Shown: positions 41,386-54,995 of the stretch, in pieces
Layout: each line of letters begins with the position of its first letter
Position numbering within the stretch: position 1 is the first letter of the stretch
Assembly (NCBI GenBank): GCA_038087875.1
Contig: CM075994.1
Location: 10,108,001-10,172,000 of the forward strand
From: Malacoraja senta
Taxonomy: Eukaryota
Direction of reading: 5' to 3'
Length of the DNA stretch: 64,000 bases
Program-made: the position numbers and the translations under genes
The notes under the pieces: model-generated
What the model was told of the DNA's origin: nothing
Seen by the model: the letters and a program-made list of their open reading frames with translations, nothing else
Database searches by the model: none

Positions 41386-43017
41386 CCATTGGCTTGTTGA
41401 ACGCGTGAAAACGCACACCTCCAGATTCAGGGACTGTTTCTTCCCAGCTGTCATCAGGCAACTGAATCATCCTACCACAACCAGAGAGCAGTGCTGAACT
41501 ACTGTCGACCTCATTGGTAAATCTGCATCACACAACAGTCTGTCTGTCTTTTCTCCTTTTTTGTTATTTTCAGTATGTTTTAGAAGTATGGGTTAACCTT
41601 CTCTGGTGTGTTTTATGTGGGGGGTGGGGTCGGGGGAAACTATTTTTCAATCTCTTACCTTGCCGGAGATGCGATTGTTTACCGAATCATATCTCCGGTC
41701 GCTCTGCGGCCTAACATCGTGGAGCTGGCGGCTTTGATTATGATTATGATACACTGTAATGGCTCGATTGTAATCATGCATTGTGTTTCCACTGACTGTA
41801 GTGCACGTAACAAAAGCTTTTCACTGTACCAGCTTTTAAAACCAAGCTCTAAAGTCCAAACAGTTTGGGGTTTATTTCATTTAAACACTGAAAACACCAA
41901 GGCACGAAATTCGAAGAAATACAATTTTTCTATTAGGTTCTTGTGCGTTTTACTGGTCGTGCGAATTACCCAAATTGAACAAATGGGGATTAAATGTATC
42001 TATTGCATTAATCTATTACTGTATCAATTCGTCATGTTTAGAGGTCTTTACCCTCAAAGAGGAACCGCTCATAGCTTCTACAAATGCTTCTTGATCAATT
42101 TAATTCTACCAGAAGTTCACATCTCGCTCTTGCATTGAGGGTCTCTCCATTATTCCATTATTCTGCGGACTCTTGTATCCCAGTGAATTCTGGACATCAA
42201 CAACGATGAACCAAGCATTATAAATGATTACATTAAACAAAACGCATGCTCGTAGAACTTCATAATAGCAGAATGTGGTTTTAAAATATGCAGCACGTCA
42301 AGAAGGTTCGTGCAAATTTCATGCTCGCAACCTGATGCATGCCAGGAAGTTCAGTTCGCTGCAGTGCCGCTTTCAACTTATGCCGAGCTGTCTAAATGTT
42401 TACGAAAGAACTGCAGATGCTGGAAAATCAAACGTTGATAAAAATGCTGCAGAAACTCAGCGGGTGAGCAGCATCTATGGAGCGAAGAAATAAGTGAAGT
42501 TTCGGCTCGAGAGCCTTCTTCAGGCTGCCTCACCCGCTGAGTTTCTCCAGCATTTGTGTCCACCTCCGAGCTGTCTATATGATTGCGCGGCGCAGGGTCC
42601 CCGCCTGCTGGTAAAAACCGATACTGCGGAATCGGCCGATATATTACAGAGTGCTTTACCTTCGTAAAGCACTGACATTGAAGTCTGAATAAGGGTTTCG
42701 GCCCGAAACGTTGCCTGTTTCCTTCGCTCCATACATGCTGCTGCACCCGCTGAGTTTCTCCAGCATTTTTGTGTACGGCCGATATATTAACCCGTTGCCC
42801 GTGGGGATGGTGAATCTGGGGCAGCGAGAATGAAAAGATTGCGATGCTGGAGGCCGGCATCGACGTGGGAGCTGTGGCGGTGACTGAAGCACAATCCGAC
42901 ATGAACAGAGAAACGAACGGGAGAGACCTCAAGAGCTTCCTGGTTGTCTAACTTGAGTAATACATTGTGCTATTATTTGCATTGTTTTTCATCAACTTCA
43001 AGAGTTAATACAATACT

Positions 43018-46000
43018 GTTTTTTTTATTTTGTTTTATTTATTTTTTATTTTTGTATTAATTTTTTTATTTATTAGAAGTACATTACATTACAACCACAT
43101 GCATTAGTACTCGTCACTTATGTCTTCTTACAATTAATGTACTCCATTTATTTTTTACACTAGAAAAGGAAAAGATTGAAAGAAAGAAGAAAGTGAAGGA
43201 AAAAGTGAGAGTGTAGAAAATGTGACAACAAAAAAGGACGAAGACCCTATAAGAACAAAATTAAAAACAAAAGAAAAAGAGTTAAGAAATAGACCCTAGA
43301 AAAGAAAGAGAAAGAGAAAGAGGAAAAGGAGAGAAACAAATATTTTTATGAGCATTACGCAAATGGGACATACCTCTTCAACTATCATCCCCCCTTACCT
43401 GACCTCAATTTTTTTTTTAAAGGTACCTTTGCACCCTATGTTTGTAATAATTCTATAAATGCAGACCACGACAGGTGGAAGTGATCTGGTTTACCTGCTA
43501 GGAGGAGTCTTATCTCTTCTAGGTGTAATGTTTCGAACATATTTGAAATCCACATGTTTATAGTTGGTATTGGAGCCTTCTACCAAAATTTTAGAATTAG
43601 CTTTTTTCCAGTTATTAACCCATAGTCTATTAGTTTCTTTTGAAACACATTTAGTTCTGGACCATCTTCCGTTATTCCGAAGATAATCCATTCTGCTTTG
43701 GGTATCAGTCTTATTTTAAATAACTTTGTAAAGATTTCAAAAATTTCATTAACATTTTTTTGAATTTTTGTACAGAAAACGAATGAGTGCGCCATAGTAG
43801 CTTCTTGGGATTGACATTTATCACAAATAGATGATACATTTGGGAAAATTTTATGAATTTTAGTTTTCGAATAATATAATCCATGTAAAATTTTAAATTG
43901 TATTAAAGTGTGTCTTACATTAATCGAATATTTATGCACGTTTAATAAGTGTTCATTCCAACTTTCCTTTGAAATTTTAATAGCTAACTCTTGTTCCCAG
44001 TCTCTTCTGATACCGTAGATGGTATTTGTACATTTAAGATAATATTATACAAATATGATATTAAGTTTGCTGATTCAGCTTTTATCTGCATTGCCTCATC
44101 CAATACATCTACTGGGTTATTATAATGATCTTTTGTATATTTATTCAAAGAGTCGCATATTTGAAAATATTTAAAATATTGATTATTTCCGAGTTTATAT
44201 TTTATTTGTAATTGTTGAAATGAAAGTAATTTTCCAGTTTCATACAAGTCACCGAGCGTTTTAATTCCTAGTCTATCCCAATGTGTAAAAGCTTTATCTA
44301 TAATAGAGGGATTAAACGAAGGGTTATTAACTATAGGTAATAAAAGTGATAAATTTCTTAATTTTAAATTTTGTTTTATTTGTTTCCAAATTCGGATTGT
44401 ACTATGAATAATTGGGTTCTTATTATAATTTATATTATTCAATTTCATTGGAGAGAGGAGGATCGCTCCAATGTTTCCAGAGGAGCAATCCTCTTTCTCC
44501 ATTACAATCCAGTCCACTTGCTGGGCGGAGTTATCCATCAGTTGAATCATATTTTTAATATTTACTGACCAATAATAATACATAAAATCAGGTAGTGCTA
44601 AACCCCCTAATACTTTAGGTTTATTCAGATGAGTTTTTTGTATTCTATGTGATTTATAGTCCCATATAAAATTAGTGATATCTGAGTCGAGTTTTTTAAA
44701 AAACTTCTTGGGTAAGTATATAGGAATCGATTGAAATAGGTATAAAATTTGTGGTAGAAAGATCATTTTTATTGCATTTATTCGGCCTATTAAAGACATC
44801 GGGAGCGTTTTCCAGAATTTAATTAGTGTGTTTAATTTATTAAGTAGGGGATCAAAATTTGCCTTAAACATACCTTGATATGTTCTGGTAATTTCGATTC
44901 CCAAGTATTTAAATTTTTCTGTAGCTATTTTAAAAGGGAATTTTAAAAGATGTGTTGAATCTTTCCGTTTTATTGACATAATTTCACTTTTATTCCAATT
45001 TATTCTATATCCAGAAAAAGATCCAAAGTCTTCAATTAAATTTAATATATTTGGTATAGTGATTTGAGGTTTTGTAATGTACATTAATATATCATCCGCG
45101 TATAAAGATATTTTATTATATGAGTCTTTAGTATTATATCCATGGATATCAGGGTGTATTCTAATTTTTTCTGCTAGCGGTTCAATAATGAGAGCAAACA
45201 GCTGTGGTGATAATGAGCATCCTTGTCTATTTCCCCTTGATAGTTGGAATTTCGAGGATAATATGTTATTAGTTAGTATTCTAGCTGTAGGTTTGTTATA
45301 TAGTAACTTGATCCATAGAATAAAATTCTCTCCCAGTTGGAATTTTTGTAATACTTTATCCATATAATTCCATTCTACTTGATCAAATGCTTTTTCAGCA
45401 TCCAGCGAAATAATTGATAATTCTTGATCTTCAGATTTGTGTGAGTGCATTATGTTGAGTAGACGTCTCATATTGTTAGATGAGTATCTCTTAGGGATAA
45501 ACCCCGTCTGATCTGGGTTTATTAATTTACTAATGTATTTACTTAATCTTCTAGCTAATGTTTTCGCTAATATTTTTTGATCTGTGTTTAACAATGCTAT
45601 AGCTCTATATGAACCCGGTTCTTCTAAATCTTTGTTTTTCTTAGGTATTAGTGTAATCGTTGATTCCGCTAATGTATCAGGTAGTATTCGTTTTTTTAAA
45701 GCATATTGGTACATTTTTTGTAATCTTGGTATTATTTTATCATAAAAGCTTTTATAAAATTCATTAGTAAATCCACCAGGGCTTGGTGTTTTTCCATTCT
45801 TTAGTGAGTTTATTGCATCTTCTAATTCCTTAATTGAGATTTGTGCACCCAATTCCTCTTGTTCCTTCAGCTCTAACTTTGGAAGATTACAATTATCCAA
45901 AAACTTTGTGATATTATTGGAATCAATTGTCGTTTAAGATGTATACAAATTCTCATAAAATTGCGCAAATCTTTTATTAATATCCTTCGGTGTTGTTAAT

Positions 46001-46045
46001 AATTCCCCTTTATCTGATTTGATCTTTGGTATAGTATGTTCCTGG
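43018..46045 (-). mobile_element. 5'-truncated L1-clade LINE (RT + C-terminal CCHC), AT-rich
   Basis: ORF 45900->43984: YRAIALLNTDQKIL, SLDAEKAFDQVEW, RGNRQGCSLSP, LYADD. ORF 43939->43580: CDKC..HSFVFC. AATAAA and A-rich tail at ~43075-43018. Confidence 0.92.
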
Positions 46046-46594
46046 TTTAATAAACAAAACTTAACCTTCTTATTAAGGAATTAATGTGAGTAGGTGATCA
46101 ATTTCTCAGGGAGTAGATATCGTTGTAAGACCAGCTTTTATTGCACATCACTAACTGCCCTCTGAGTAGAACGCTCGGCCAATTCCAAGGACATTTGACC
46201 TTCAACCACTTTGAACGAGTTGGATCTTCAACAAAATAAGAGTGTTGCGGTGATTGTATTTCAGACAGTTTCTTTCTTTCTAGCATTTGAGGTGATTCAC
46301 TGCACTTAATGTGGGGGGAAATACTTAAAATGGTGTCCCTGGATTGTGCCACTGATTACAATCAAGTCAAACTCCTGTACAATAGATAGGGAAAAGGGAC
46401 AGTTACAATGTGCAGCATATAGTTCTCAGCATTGCAGCGTCACAACCCGCTAACATTTATACAATGTCCTCGCATTTCTTTTCGGAGACCACAGAGTGCT
46501 TTACCTGCGTAAATCACATTGAAGTGCATCCAGTAATGGCAACGGGAATCCAGAACCTCATCAATGAAGGCCCAGAGTACAACATCAGGACATA

Positions 46595-46885
46595 GTCACA
46601 AAAAGCTGGAGTAACTCAGCGGGACAGGCAGCATCTCTGGACAGAAGGAGTGGGTGACATTTCGGGTCGAGACCCTTCTTCAGACTGTGAGGCAGGGGAA
46701 AGGGAAGGAGAGATATCGACGATGATATAATGAGATGTAGAAAAAAATGTGTGAATGAATCCGAAGCAGGGTCCCGACCCGAAACGTCACCCATTCCTTC
46801 TCTCCAGAGACGCTGCCTGTCCTGCTGAGATACTCCAGCATTTGTAACTGTCTTCGATTTAAACCAGCATCTACAGTTCCTTCCA
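46595..46885. mobile_element. Short foldback element made of two inverted Penelope-terminus-like arms
   Basis: 46600-46690 is the reverse complement of ~46760-46845; the same arms flank 8845-9990. Confidence 0.7.
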
Positions 46886-47505
46886 ACATCATCCGGAGGT
46901 GATGTTGAATCTGTATTAAACACAGGTTTGGACCCAACTGCTGCATCAAGCCCATTTCTGGTCACCAAATTTAATGAATGAAGCGAGGGTCAATGGGTGG
47001 GCGCAGGAGATATTCACTGGAATGGTTTCAAGGATGAGGAGATTCGGATGAGCAGATGCTGGTTTAAACCGAAGATAGACACAACATGCTGGAGTAACTC
47101 AGCGGAACAGGCAGCATCTCTGGAGAGAAGGAATGGGTGACGTTTCGGGTAGAGACGGTCTCCAGCATTTTGTGCCTATCTAAGGGGAATAAGGCTTTTC
47201 AGTTTAGTTTATTGTCACTTGTTTCGAGGAACAGTGAAATACGTTTGTTGCGTGCTATCCAGTCAGCAGAAAGACAATACGTGATTAGAATTAAGCCACT
47301 TGCAGTGGACAGATATTCGATGATGGAATAACATTTAGTGCAAGGGTAAACCAGCAAAGTCCGGTCATAGTTAAAGTGAGAAATGTTGAGGTGGGAGTAG
47401 AGATTTAAGAGTGTGGGGCGATTGTAATATGTGATTGTTGATCTGCATCGCACGCAAATAGACGCCTTGGTTGGGCGCCATCTCGGAAGCATTAGCGGCA
47501 AGAAT

Positions 47506-47838
47506 AATAATAATAATAATAATGGATGGGATTTAGATAGCGCCTTTCTAATACTCAAGGCGCTTTACATCGCATTATTCATTCACTCCTCAGTCACACT
47601 CGGTGGTGGTAAGCTACTTCTGTAGCCACAGCTGCCCTGGGGCAGAAAGACGGAAGCGTGGCTGCTAATTTGCGCCTACGGCCCCTCCGACCACCACCAA
47701 TCACTCACACACATTCACACGCAGGCAAAGGTGGGTGAAGTGTCTTGCCCAAGGACACAACGATAGTATGCACTCCAAGCGGGATTCGAACCGGCTACCT
47801 TCCGGTTGCCAGCCGAACACTTAACCCATTGCGCCAAT
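47506..47838 (-). mobile_element. tRNA-derived CORE-type SINE with an L2-like tail
   Basis: Minus strand: TGGCGCAATGG (A box), GGTTCGAATCC (B box), GTGTCCTTGGGCAAGACACTTCACCC core, GTAAAGCGCCTTGAG...(ATT)n tail. TSD AAGAAT; empty paralogous site at ~62188. Confidence 0.8.
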
Positions 47839-50129
47839 AAGAATGACCTGAAGGGGCGGAGGAAATGCTGCCAATTGGGCTTTCGAATCTGAGTGTTCCG
47901 TGTTCCACACTCACTGATTCCACGGTGGCGCAGCGGTAGAATTGCTGCCTTGCAGCGCTTGCAGCGCCAGAGACACGGGTTCGATCCCGACTACGGGTGC
48001 TGTTTGTACGTTGTCCCCGCGTCGATTTTCTCCGAGTTCTTCGGTTTCCTCCCACACTCTGAAGATGTACAGGTATGTAGTTTACTTGGCTTGGTGGATA
48101 GTGCCGGATCGTGTAAAATTGTCCCTAGTGTGTGCCAGATAGTGTTAAGACACGGGTTCTATCCCGACCGACGGATTTGTACGTTTTGACCGAGATGGCG
48201 TATGTTTTCTCCGAGATCTTCGGTTTCCTCCCACACTCTAAAGACGTGCAGGTATGTAGGTGAATTGGCTTGATGTATGTGTACAATTGTCTCTAGTGTG
48301 TGCAGGATAGTGTTAACATTCAGCCTGACGAAAGGTCTCGACCCGAAACGTCACCTATTCCATCGCTCCATAGATGCTGCCTCATCCGCGGAGTTTTTCC
48401 AGCACTTTTGTCTGCCATTAAGACGCGTTGATCGCTGATCGCATCGACCAGCGATCCGGACTCGGTGGGCCGAAGGGCCTGTTTTCGCAGTGTATCTCTA
48501 AAGTAAACTAAACTAAATTAAACTGAAATAAACTAAAATAAAATAAACTGATTAGCAGACAAAGTGAACCTTTGCAAACTGCAATAAATGTTAGAGGGTC
48601 ATATTTTAACTTGTTAAGTATGGAAGCTATTTGTGGTGTTATGTCTGTCTTGAAGCTGTCGTGGCATTGTAATTTCCTGCAAAGGATTATTAACGGTATA
48701 ATCTAATCTAATATCCTTTAAACAATACACGCAAACATAGATTGCCCCGAAGACTGCTGCATGAGAGACAGGTTGTGGATTAAAATAAGGGCGGAGGGAG
48801 GTCTTCGTCCATCTTGATCCCGGGCTGTGAACGGAAATGCGGGCGGCGGGTTCCACTGCCCAACAGGTGCAACGCCTCCTCAGGTTACACCCAAGGCTTC
48901 CTTAGCGCGGCCCCCTCCCTTTCTGTCCTGCCTTCGTGTTTCTCGTCCATATTCAGGCCAGTTTAATGTCCAATCTACCTCTCCCTCGTGTGAGATGAGT
49001 TGGCAACCGCCAGGACATCTTCACACTGAACACTTGCAGCCTAATAGCATTCATTGCCTGGGACGGCAGCGGGCGCAGCGACACGGTACTGTGGGGGTTG
49101 AGTTTAATTGAGTTGATAGATACAGAGCGCAAACAGGCCCTTCGGCCCACCGGGTCCGCGCCGACCAGCGATCCCCGCACATTAACACTATCCTACACCA
49201 ACTAGGGACATTTTTTACATTTACCAAGCCTCTGAAAAACCGAAGATCTCGGAAAAAAACCACGTAGATTACGGGGAGAACGTACAAACTCCGTACAGAC
49301 AGCACCCGTAGTCAGGATCGAACCCGTGTCTGTGAGGCGCTACATTCCCTGTAAGGCAGCAACTCTACCGCTGCGACAACGTGACGGTCACGTGACCAGC
49401 ACGTCATTCAGCAGCTCCACGTCGGTGAAAATTTTGAACCAGGAAGCGGATTTAAAATGGCTTCGAAAGACCAGGTCGAGAGTTTAACCGAGGAGGTAGT
49501 TTGTCCCATCTGCCTGGATTTCTTCACCGATCCGGTGACACTGGAGTGTGGGCACAACTTTTGCCGCTCCTGCATCACACAGAGTTGGGACAGGGAGGCG
49601 AGAAACTCCTGCCCGGAATGTAGAGAGGAGTTTACAGACCGCACCCACAAGGTGAATCGGGCCTTGGCGAGACTGTCTGAGAAAGCTCGAGCACTGAGCC
49701 TGAATCTCAAAGAGAAGGAAAGTAAACTTCACTGCGAGAAACATCAGGAAGAACCGATGCTGTTTTGTGAAACAGACAAGAAAGTGCTTTGTCTGATCTG
49801 TCGAGATGCAGAAGAAGCTGTTGAAATCTACAAGGTAAAAGCAAACCGATATTGATCACATCATTGTGTCATGTTTTGTTTAATTTTGTTTAATTTAATT
49901 TTGTTTAATTTCTGACATTTCTCTTCTCTGAAACCCAACTCCAGGATCAGGTAAAATCTTCCTTCAAATCTCTCACAAAAAAGAAATCAGAGATCGAGCA
50001 AATGGAGCAGCAACAGAAAGAGAAGATTTCTGGTGTTATGGTGAGTTTTCCAATTTCGATTTCCTGATCTTGTGTACTTTTCATCAATGTGATGCGTGTA
50101 ACGTTTGGACACCTCTGTACATCACAAGA

Positions 50130-53100
50130 GCCTAGGGTTGGAGATATAGAGATAGAGACTGGGCGGGCAGGTACTGGGCGGGCAGGTGGGGTGTCGAATG
50201 GGATAGTGGAGGATGGAGTTAAAGGGAAAGGGTTTCTTAAATGCGTGAGCGTAGAGACAGAGGAGTGTAAAATGAGGGTAGAAGCAATAGGTAGCAAGGT
50301 GAAAAGTAAAAGTGGAAGACAGACAAAACCAGGGCAAAAATCAAAAAGGGCCACTTTTCAACATAATTGTATAAGGGGTAAGAGTGTTGTAAAAAACAAG
50401 CCTGAAGGCTTTGTGTCTCAATGCAAGGAGCATTCGTAATAAGGTGGATGAGTTGAATGTGCAGATAGCTATTAATGACTATGATATAGTTGGGATCACG
50501 GAGAAATGGCTCCAGGGTGACCAAGGCTGGGAGCTGAACACCCAGGGATATTCAATATTCAGGCGGGATAGAGAGAAAGGAAAAGGAGGTGGGGTAGCGT
50601 TGCTGATTAGAGAGGAGATTAACGCAATGGAAAGGAAGGACATTAGGTTCGAGGATGTGGAATCGGTATGGGTAGAGCTGCGAAACACTAGGGGGCAGAA
50701 AACGCTGGTGGGTGTTGTGTACAGGCCACCTAACAGTAGCAGTGAAGTTGGAGATGGTATCAAACAGGAAATTAGAAATGCGTGCGACAAAGGCAAAACA
50801 GTTATAATGGGTGACTTCAATCTACATATAGATTGGGTGAATCAAATTGGCAGGGGTGCTGAGGAAGATAATTTCTTGGAATGTATGCGGGATAGTTATC
50901 TAAATCAACATGTAGAGGAACCAACGAGAGAGCAGGCTATTTTAGACTGGGTATTGAGTAATGAGGAAGGGTTAGTTAGCAGTCTTGTTGTACGTGCCCC
51001 CTTGGGCAAGAGTGACCATAATATGGTTGAGTTCTTCATTAGGATGGAGAGTGACATTGTTAATTCAGAAACAATGGTTCTGAACTTAAAGAAAGGTAAC
51101 TTTGAGGGTATGAGACGTGAATTGGCCAAGATTGACTGGCAATTAATTCTAAAAGGGTTGACGGTGGACATGCAATGGAAGACATTTAAAGACTGCATGG
51201 ATGAACTACAAAAATTGTTCATCCCAGTTTGGCAAAAGAATAAATCAGGGAAGGTAGTGCATCCGTGGATAACAAGGGAAATCAGGGATGGTATCAAAGC
51301 GAAGGATGATGCGTAAAAATTAGCCAGAAAAAGCAGCATACCGGAGGACTGGGAGAAATTCAGAGACCAGCAGAGGAGGACAAAGGGCTTATTTAGGAAA
51401 GGAAAAATAGATTATGAAAGAAAACTGGCAGGGAACATAAAAACTGACTGCAAACGTTTTTATAGATATGTAAAAAGAAAGAGATTAGTTAAAACAAATG
51501 TAGGTCCCTTGCAGTCAGAAACAGGTGATTGATCATGGGGAACAAGGATATGGCGGACCAATTGAATAACTACTTTGGTTCCGTCTTCACTAAGGAAGAC
51601 ATAAATAATCTGCCGGAAATAGCAGGGGAGTTGGAGGAATTGAGTGAAATCCAGGTTAGTCGGGAAGTGGTTTTGGGTAAATTGAATGGATTAAAGGCCG
51701 ATAAATCCCCAGGGCCAGATAGACGGCATCCCAGAGTACTTAAGGAAGTAGCTCCAGAAATAGTGGATGCATTAGTAATAATCTTTCAAAACTCTTTAGA
51801 TTCTGGAGTAGTTCCTGAGGATTGGCGGGTAGCAAACGTAACCCCACTTTTTAAGAAGGGAGGGAGAGAGAAAACGGGGAATTACAGACCAGTTAGTCTA
51901 ACATCGGTAGTGGGGAAACTGCTAGAGTCAGTTATTAAAGATGGGATAGCAGCACATTTGGAAAGTGGTGAAATCATTGGACAAAGTGAGCATGGATTTA
52001 CGAAAGGTAAATCATGTCTGATGAATCTTATAGAATTTATCGAGGATGTAACTAGTAGCGTGGATAGGGGAGAACCAGTGGATGTGGTGTATCTGGACTT
52101 CCAGAAGGCTTTCGACAAGGTCCCACATAAGAGATTAGTGTACAAACTTAAAGCACATGGCATTGGGGGTTCAGTATTGATGTGGATAGAGAACTGGCTG
52201 GCAAACAGGAAGCAAAGAGTAGGAGTAAACGGGTCCTTTTCACAATGGCAGGCAGTGACTAGTGGGGTACCGCAAGGCTCAGTGCTGGGACCCCAGCTAT
52301 TTACAATATATATTAATGACCTGGATGAGGGAATTGAAGGCAATATCTCAAAGGTTGCGGATGACACTAAGCTGGGGGGCAGTGTTAGCTGTGAAGAGGA
52401 TGCTAGGAGACTGCAAGGTGACTTGGATAGGCTGGGTGAGTGGGCAAATGTTTGGCAGATGCAGTATAATGTGGATAAATGTGAGGTTATCCATTTTGGT
52501 GGCAAAAACAGGAAAGCAGACTATTATCTAAATGGTGGCCGACTAGGAAAAGGGGAGATGCAGCGAGACCTGGGTGTCATGGTACACCAGTCATTGAAAG
52601 TAGGCATGCAGGTGCAGCAGGCAGTGAAGAAAGCGAATGGTATGTTAGCTTTCATAGCAAAAGGATTTGAGTATAGGAGCAGGGAGGTTCTACTGCAGTT
52701 GTACAGGGTCTTGGTGAGACCACACCTGGAGTATTGTGTACAGTTTTGGTCTCCAAATCTGAGGAAGGACATTATTGCCATAGAGGGAGTGCAGAGAAGG
52801 TTCACCAGACTAATTCCTGGAATGTCAGGACTGTCTTATGAAGAAAGACTGGATAGACTTGGTTTATACTCTCTAGAATTTAGGAGATTGAGAAGGGATC
52901 TTATAGAAACTTACAAAATTCTTAAGGGGTTGGACAGGCAAGATGCAGGAAGATTGCTCCTGATGTTGGGGAAGTCCAGGACAAGGGGTCACAGCTTAAG
53001 GATAAGGGGGAAATCCTTTAAAACCGAGATGAGAAGAACTTTTTTCACACAGAGAGTGGTGAATCTCTGGAACTCTCTGCCACAGAGGGTAGTCGAGGCC

Positions 53101-53295
53101 AGTTCATTGGCTATATTTAAGAGGGAGTTAGATGTGGCCCTTGTGGCTAAAGGGATCAGAGGGTATGGAGAGAAGGCAGGTACGGGATACTGAGTTGGAT
53201 GATCAGCCATGATCATATTGAATGGCGGTGCAGGCTCGAAGGGCCCAATGGCCTACTCCTGCACCTAATTTCTATGTTTCTATGTTTCTATGTTT
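50130..53295 (+). mobile_element. Young CR1 LINE with nearly complete ORF2 in TRIM D intron 2
   Basis: APE endonuclease (CLNARSI, GVVYRPP, MGDFN, SDHN; 50411-51316, broken by TAA) and RT 51529-53193; TTCTATGT tail repeats. Confidence 0.95.
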
Positions 53296-53419
53296 ACTGT
53301 GGATAGAGTGGATGTGGAAAGGATGTTTCCACTGGTGGGCCTGTAGGGCCAGAGGTCATAGCCTCAGAATTAAAGGGTGCCCTTTTAAAAAGGAGGTGAG
53401 GAGGAACTTGGAAAAGCGG

Positions 53420-53705
53420 TCACTGTGGCGCCGCGGTAGAGTTGCTGCCTTACAGCGAATACAGCGCCGGAGACCCGGGTTCGATCCCGAATACGGGTGC
53501 TGTTTGTACGGAGTTCGTACGTTCTCCCCGTGTCCTGCGTGGGTTTTTTCTGATAATCTTCGGTTTCCTCCCACACTCCAAAGACGTACAGGTTTGTAGG
53601 TTTATTGCCTTCGAAAATATTAAAATTGTTAATGTGTAGGGATTGCTGGTCGGCACGGACCCGATGGGCCGAACGGCCTGTTTCCGCGCTGTATCTCTAA
53701 ACTAA
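53420..53705 (+). mobile_element. HE1/V-SINE-like tRNA-derived SINE (representative; others at ~703-905, 6765-6920, 32928-33345, 34110-34290, 35485-35791, 47919-48320, 49105-49385)
   Basis: A box GTGGCGC.GCGG, B box GGTTCGATCC, V-domain GTTCTCCCCGTG..GCGTGGGTTT..CGGTTTCCTCCCAC, tail GGGCCGAA.GGCCTGTTTCCGCGCTGTATCTCTAAACTAAA. Confidence 0.8.
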
Positions 53706-53870
53706 AAAAAACGAAACCTATTTTGTCAGAGGGTAATTAATCTATGGAACTCATTAGACATGTTGGGCCAAATGGCATATTTCTGTGCTCCATGCCACAA
53801 GGTTGATTGGGCAACTATCCCCTCGCATATCGTTAGGAAACACAATACAGTGACATTATATATTGATCTT

Positions 53871-54778
53871 AACATAGAACATAGAAACATAGAAATTAGG
53901 TGCAGGAGTAGGCCATTCGGCCCTTCGAGCCTGCACCGCCATTCAATACGATCATGGCTGATCATCCAACTCAGTATCCCGTACCTGCCTTCTCTCCATA
54001 CCCTCTGATCCCTTTAGCCACAAGGGCCACATCTAACTCCCTCTTAAATATCGCCAATGAACTGGCCTCGACTACCCTCTGTGGCAGAGAGTTCCAGAGA
54101 TTCACCACTCTCTGTGTGAAAAAAGTTCTTCTCATCTCAGTTTTAAAGGATTTCCCCCTTATCCTTAAGCTGTAACCCATTGTCCTGGACTTCCCCAACA
54201 TCAGGAGCAATCTTCCTGCATCTAGCCTGACCAACCCCTTAAGAATTTTGTAAGTTTCTATAAGATCCCCTCTCAATCTCCTAAATTCTAGAGAGTATAA
54301 ACCAAGTCTATCCAGTCTTTCTTCATAAGACAGTCCTGACATCCCAGGAATCAGTCTGGTGAACCTTCTCTGCACTCCCTCTATGGCAATAATGTCCTTC
54401 CTCACATTTGGAGACCAAAACTGTACGCAATACTCCAGGTGTGGTCTCACCAAGACCCTGTACAACTGCAGTAGAACCTCCCTGCTCCTATACTCAAATC
54501 CTTTTGCTATGAAAGCTAACATACCATTCGCTTTCTTCACTGCCTGCTGCACCTGCATGCCTACTTTCAATGACTGGTGTACCATGACACCCAGGTCTCG
54601 CTGCATCTCCCCTTTTCCTAGTCGGCCACCATTTAGATAATAGTCTGCCTTCCTGTTTTTGCCACCAAAATGGATAACCTCACATTTATCCACATTATAC
54701 TGCATCTGCCAAACATTTGCCCACTCACCCAGCCTATCCAAGTCACCTTGCAGTCTCCTAGCATCCTCCTCACAGCCT
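53871..54778 (-). mobile_element. CR1 3' fragment inserted at the TRIM D exon-3 acceptor
   Basis: ORF 54741->53971; near-identical to 52410-53290. Confidence 0.92.
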
Positions 54779-54795
54779 CACAGAAGAGTCACACA

Positions 54796-54995
54796 NNNNN
54801 NNNNNNNNNNNNNNNNNNNNNNNNNNNNNNNNNNNNNNNNNNNNNNNNNNNNNNNNNNNNNNNNNNNNNNNNNNNNNNNNNNNNNNNNNNNNNNNNNNNN
54901 NNNNNNNNNNNNNNNNNNNNNNNNNNNNNNNNNNNNNNNNNNNNNNNNNNNNNNNNNNNNNNNNNNNNNNNNNNNNNNNNNNNNNNNNNNNNNNN
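54796..54995. other. Assembly gap (200 N)
   Basis: Run of N with TRIM exon sequence on both edges. Confidence 0.99.

Noticed and set aside
47775..47838. tRNA genes at A/B-box motifs
   Set aside because: All are SINE heads continuing into SINE bodies; no full cloverleaf.
50411..53193. Active autonomous CR1
   Set aside because: Stop at 51314-51316, frameshift near 51528, FADD changed to VADD, and ORF1 largely missing.
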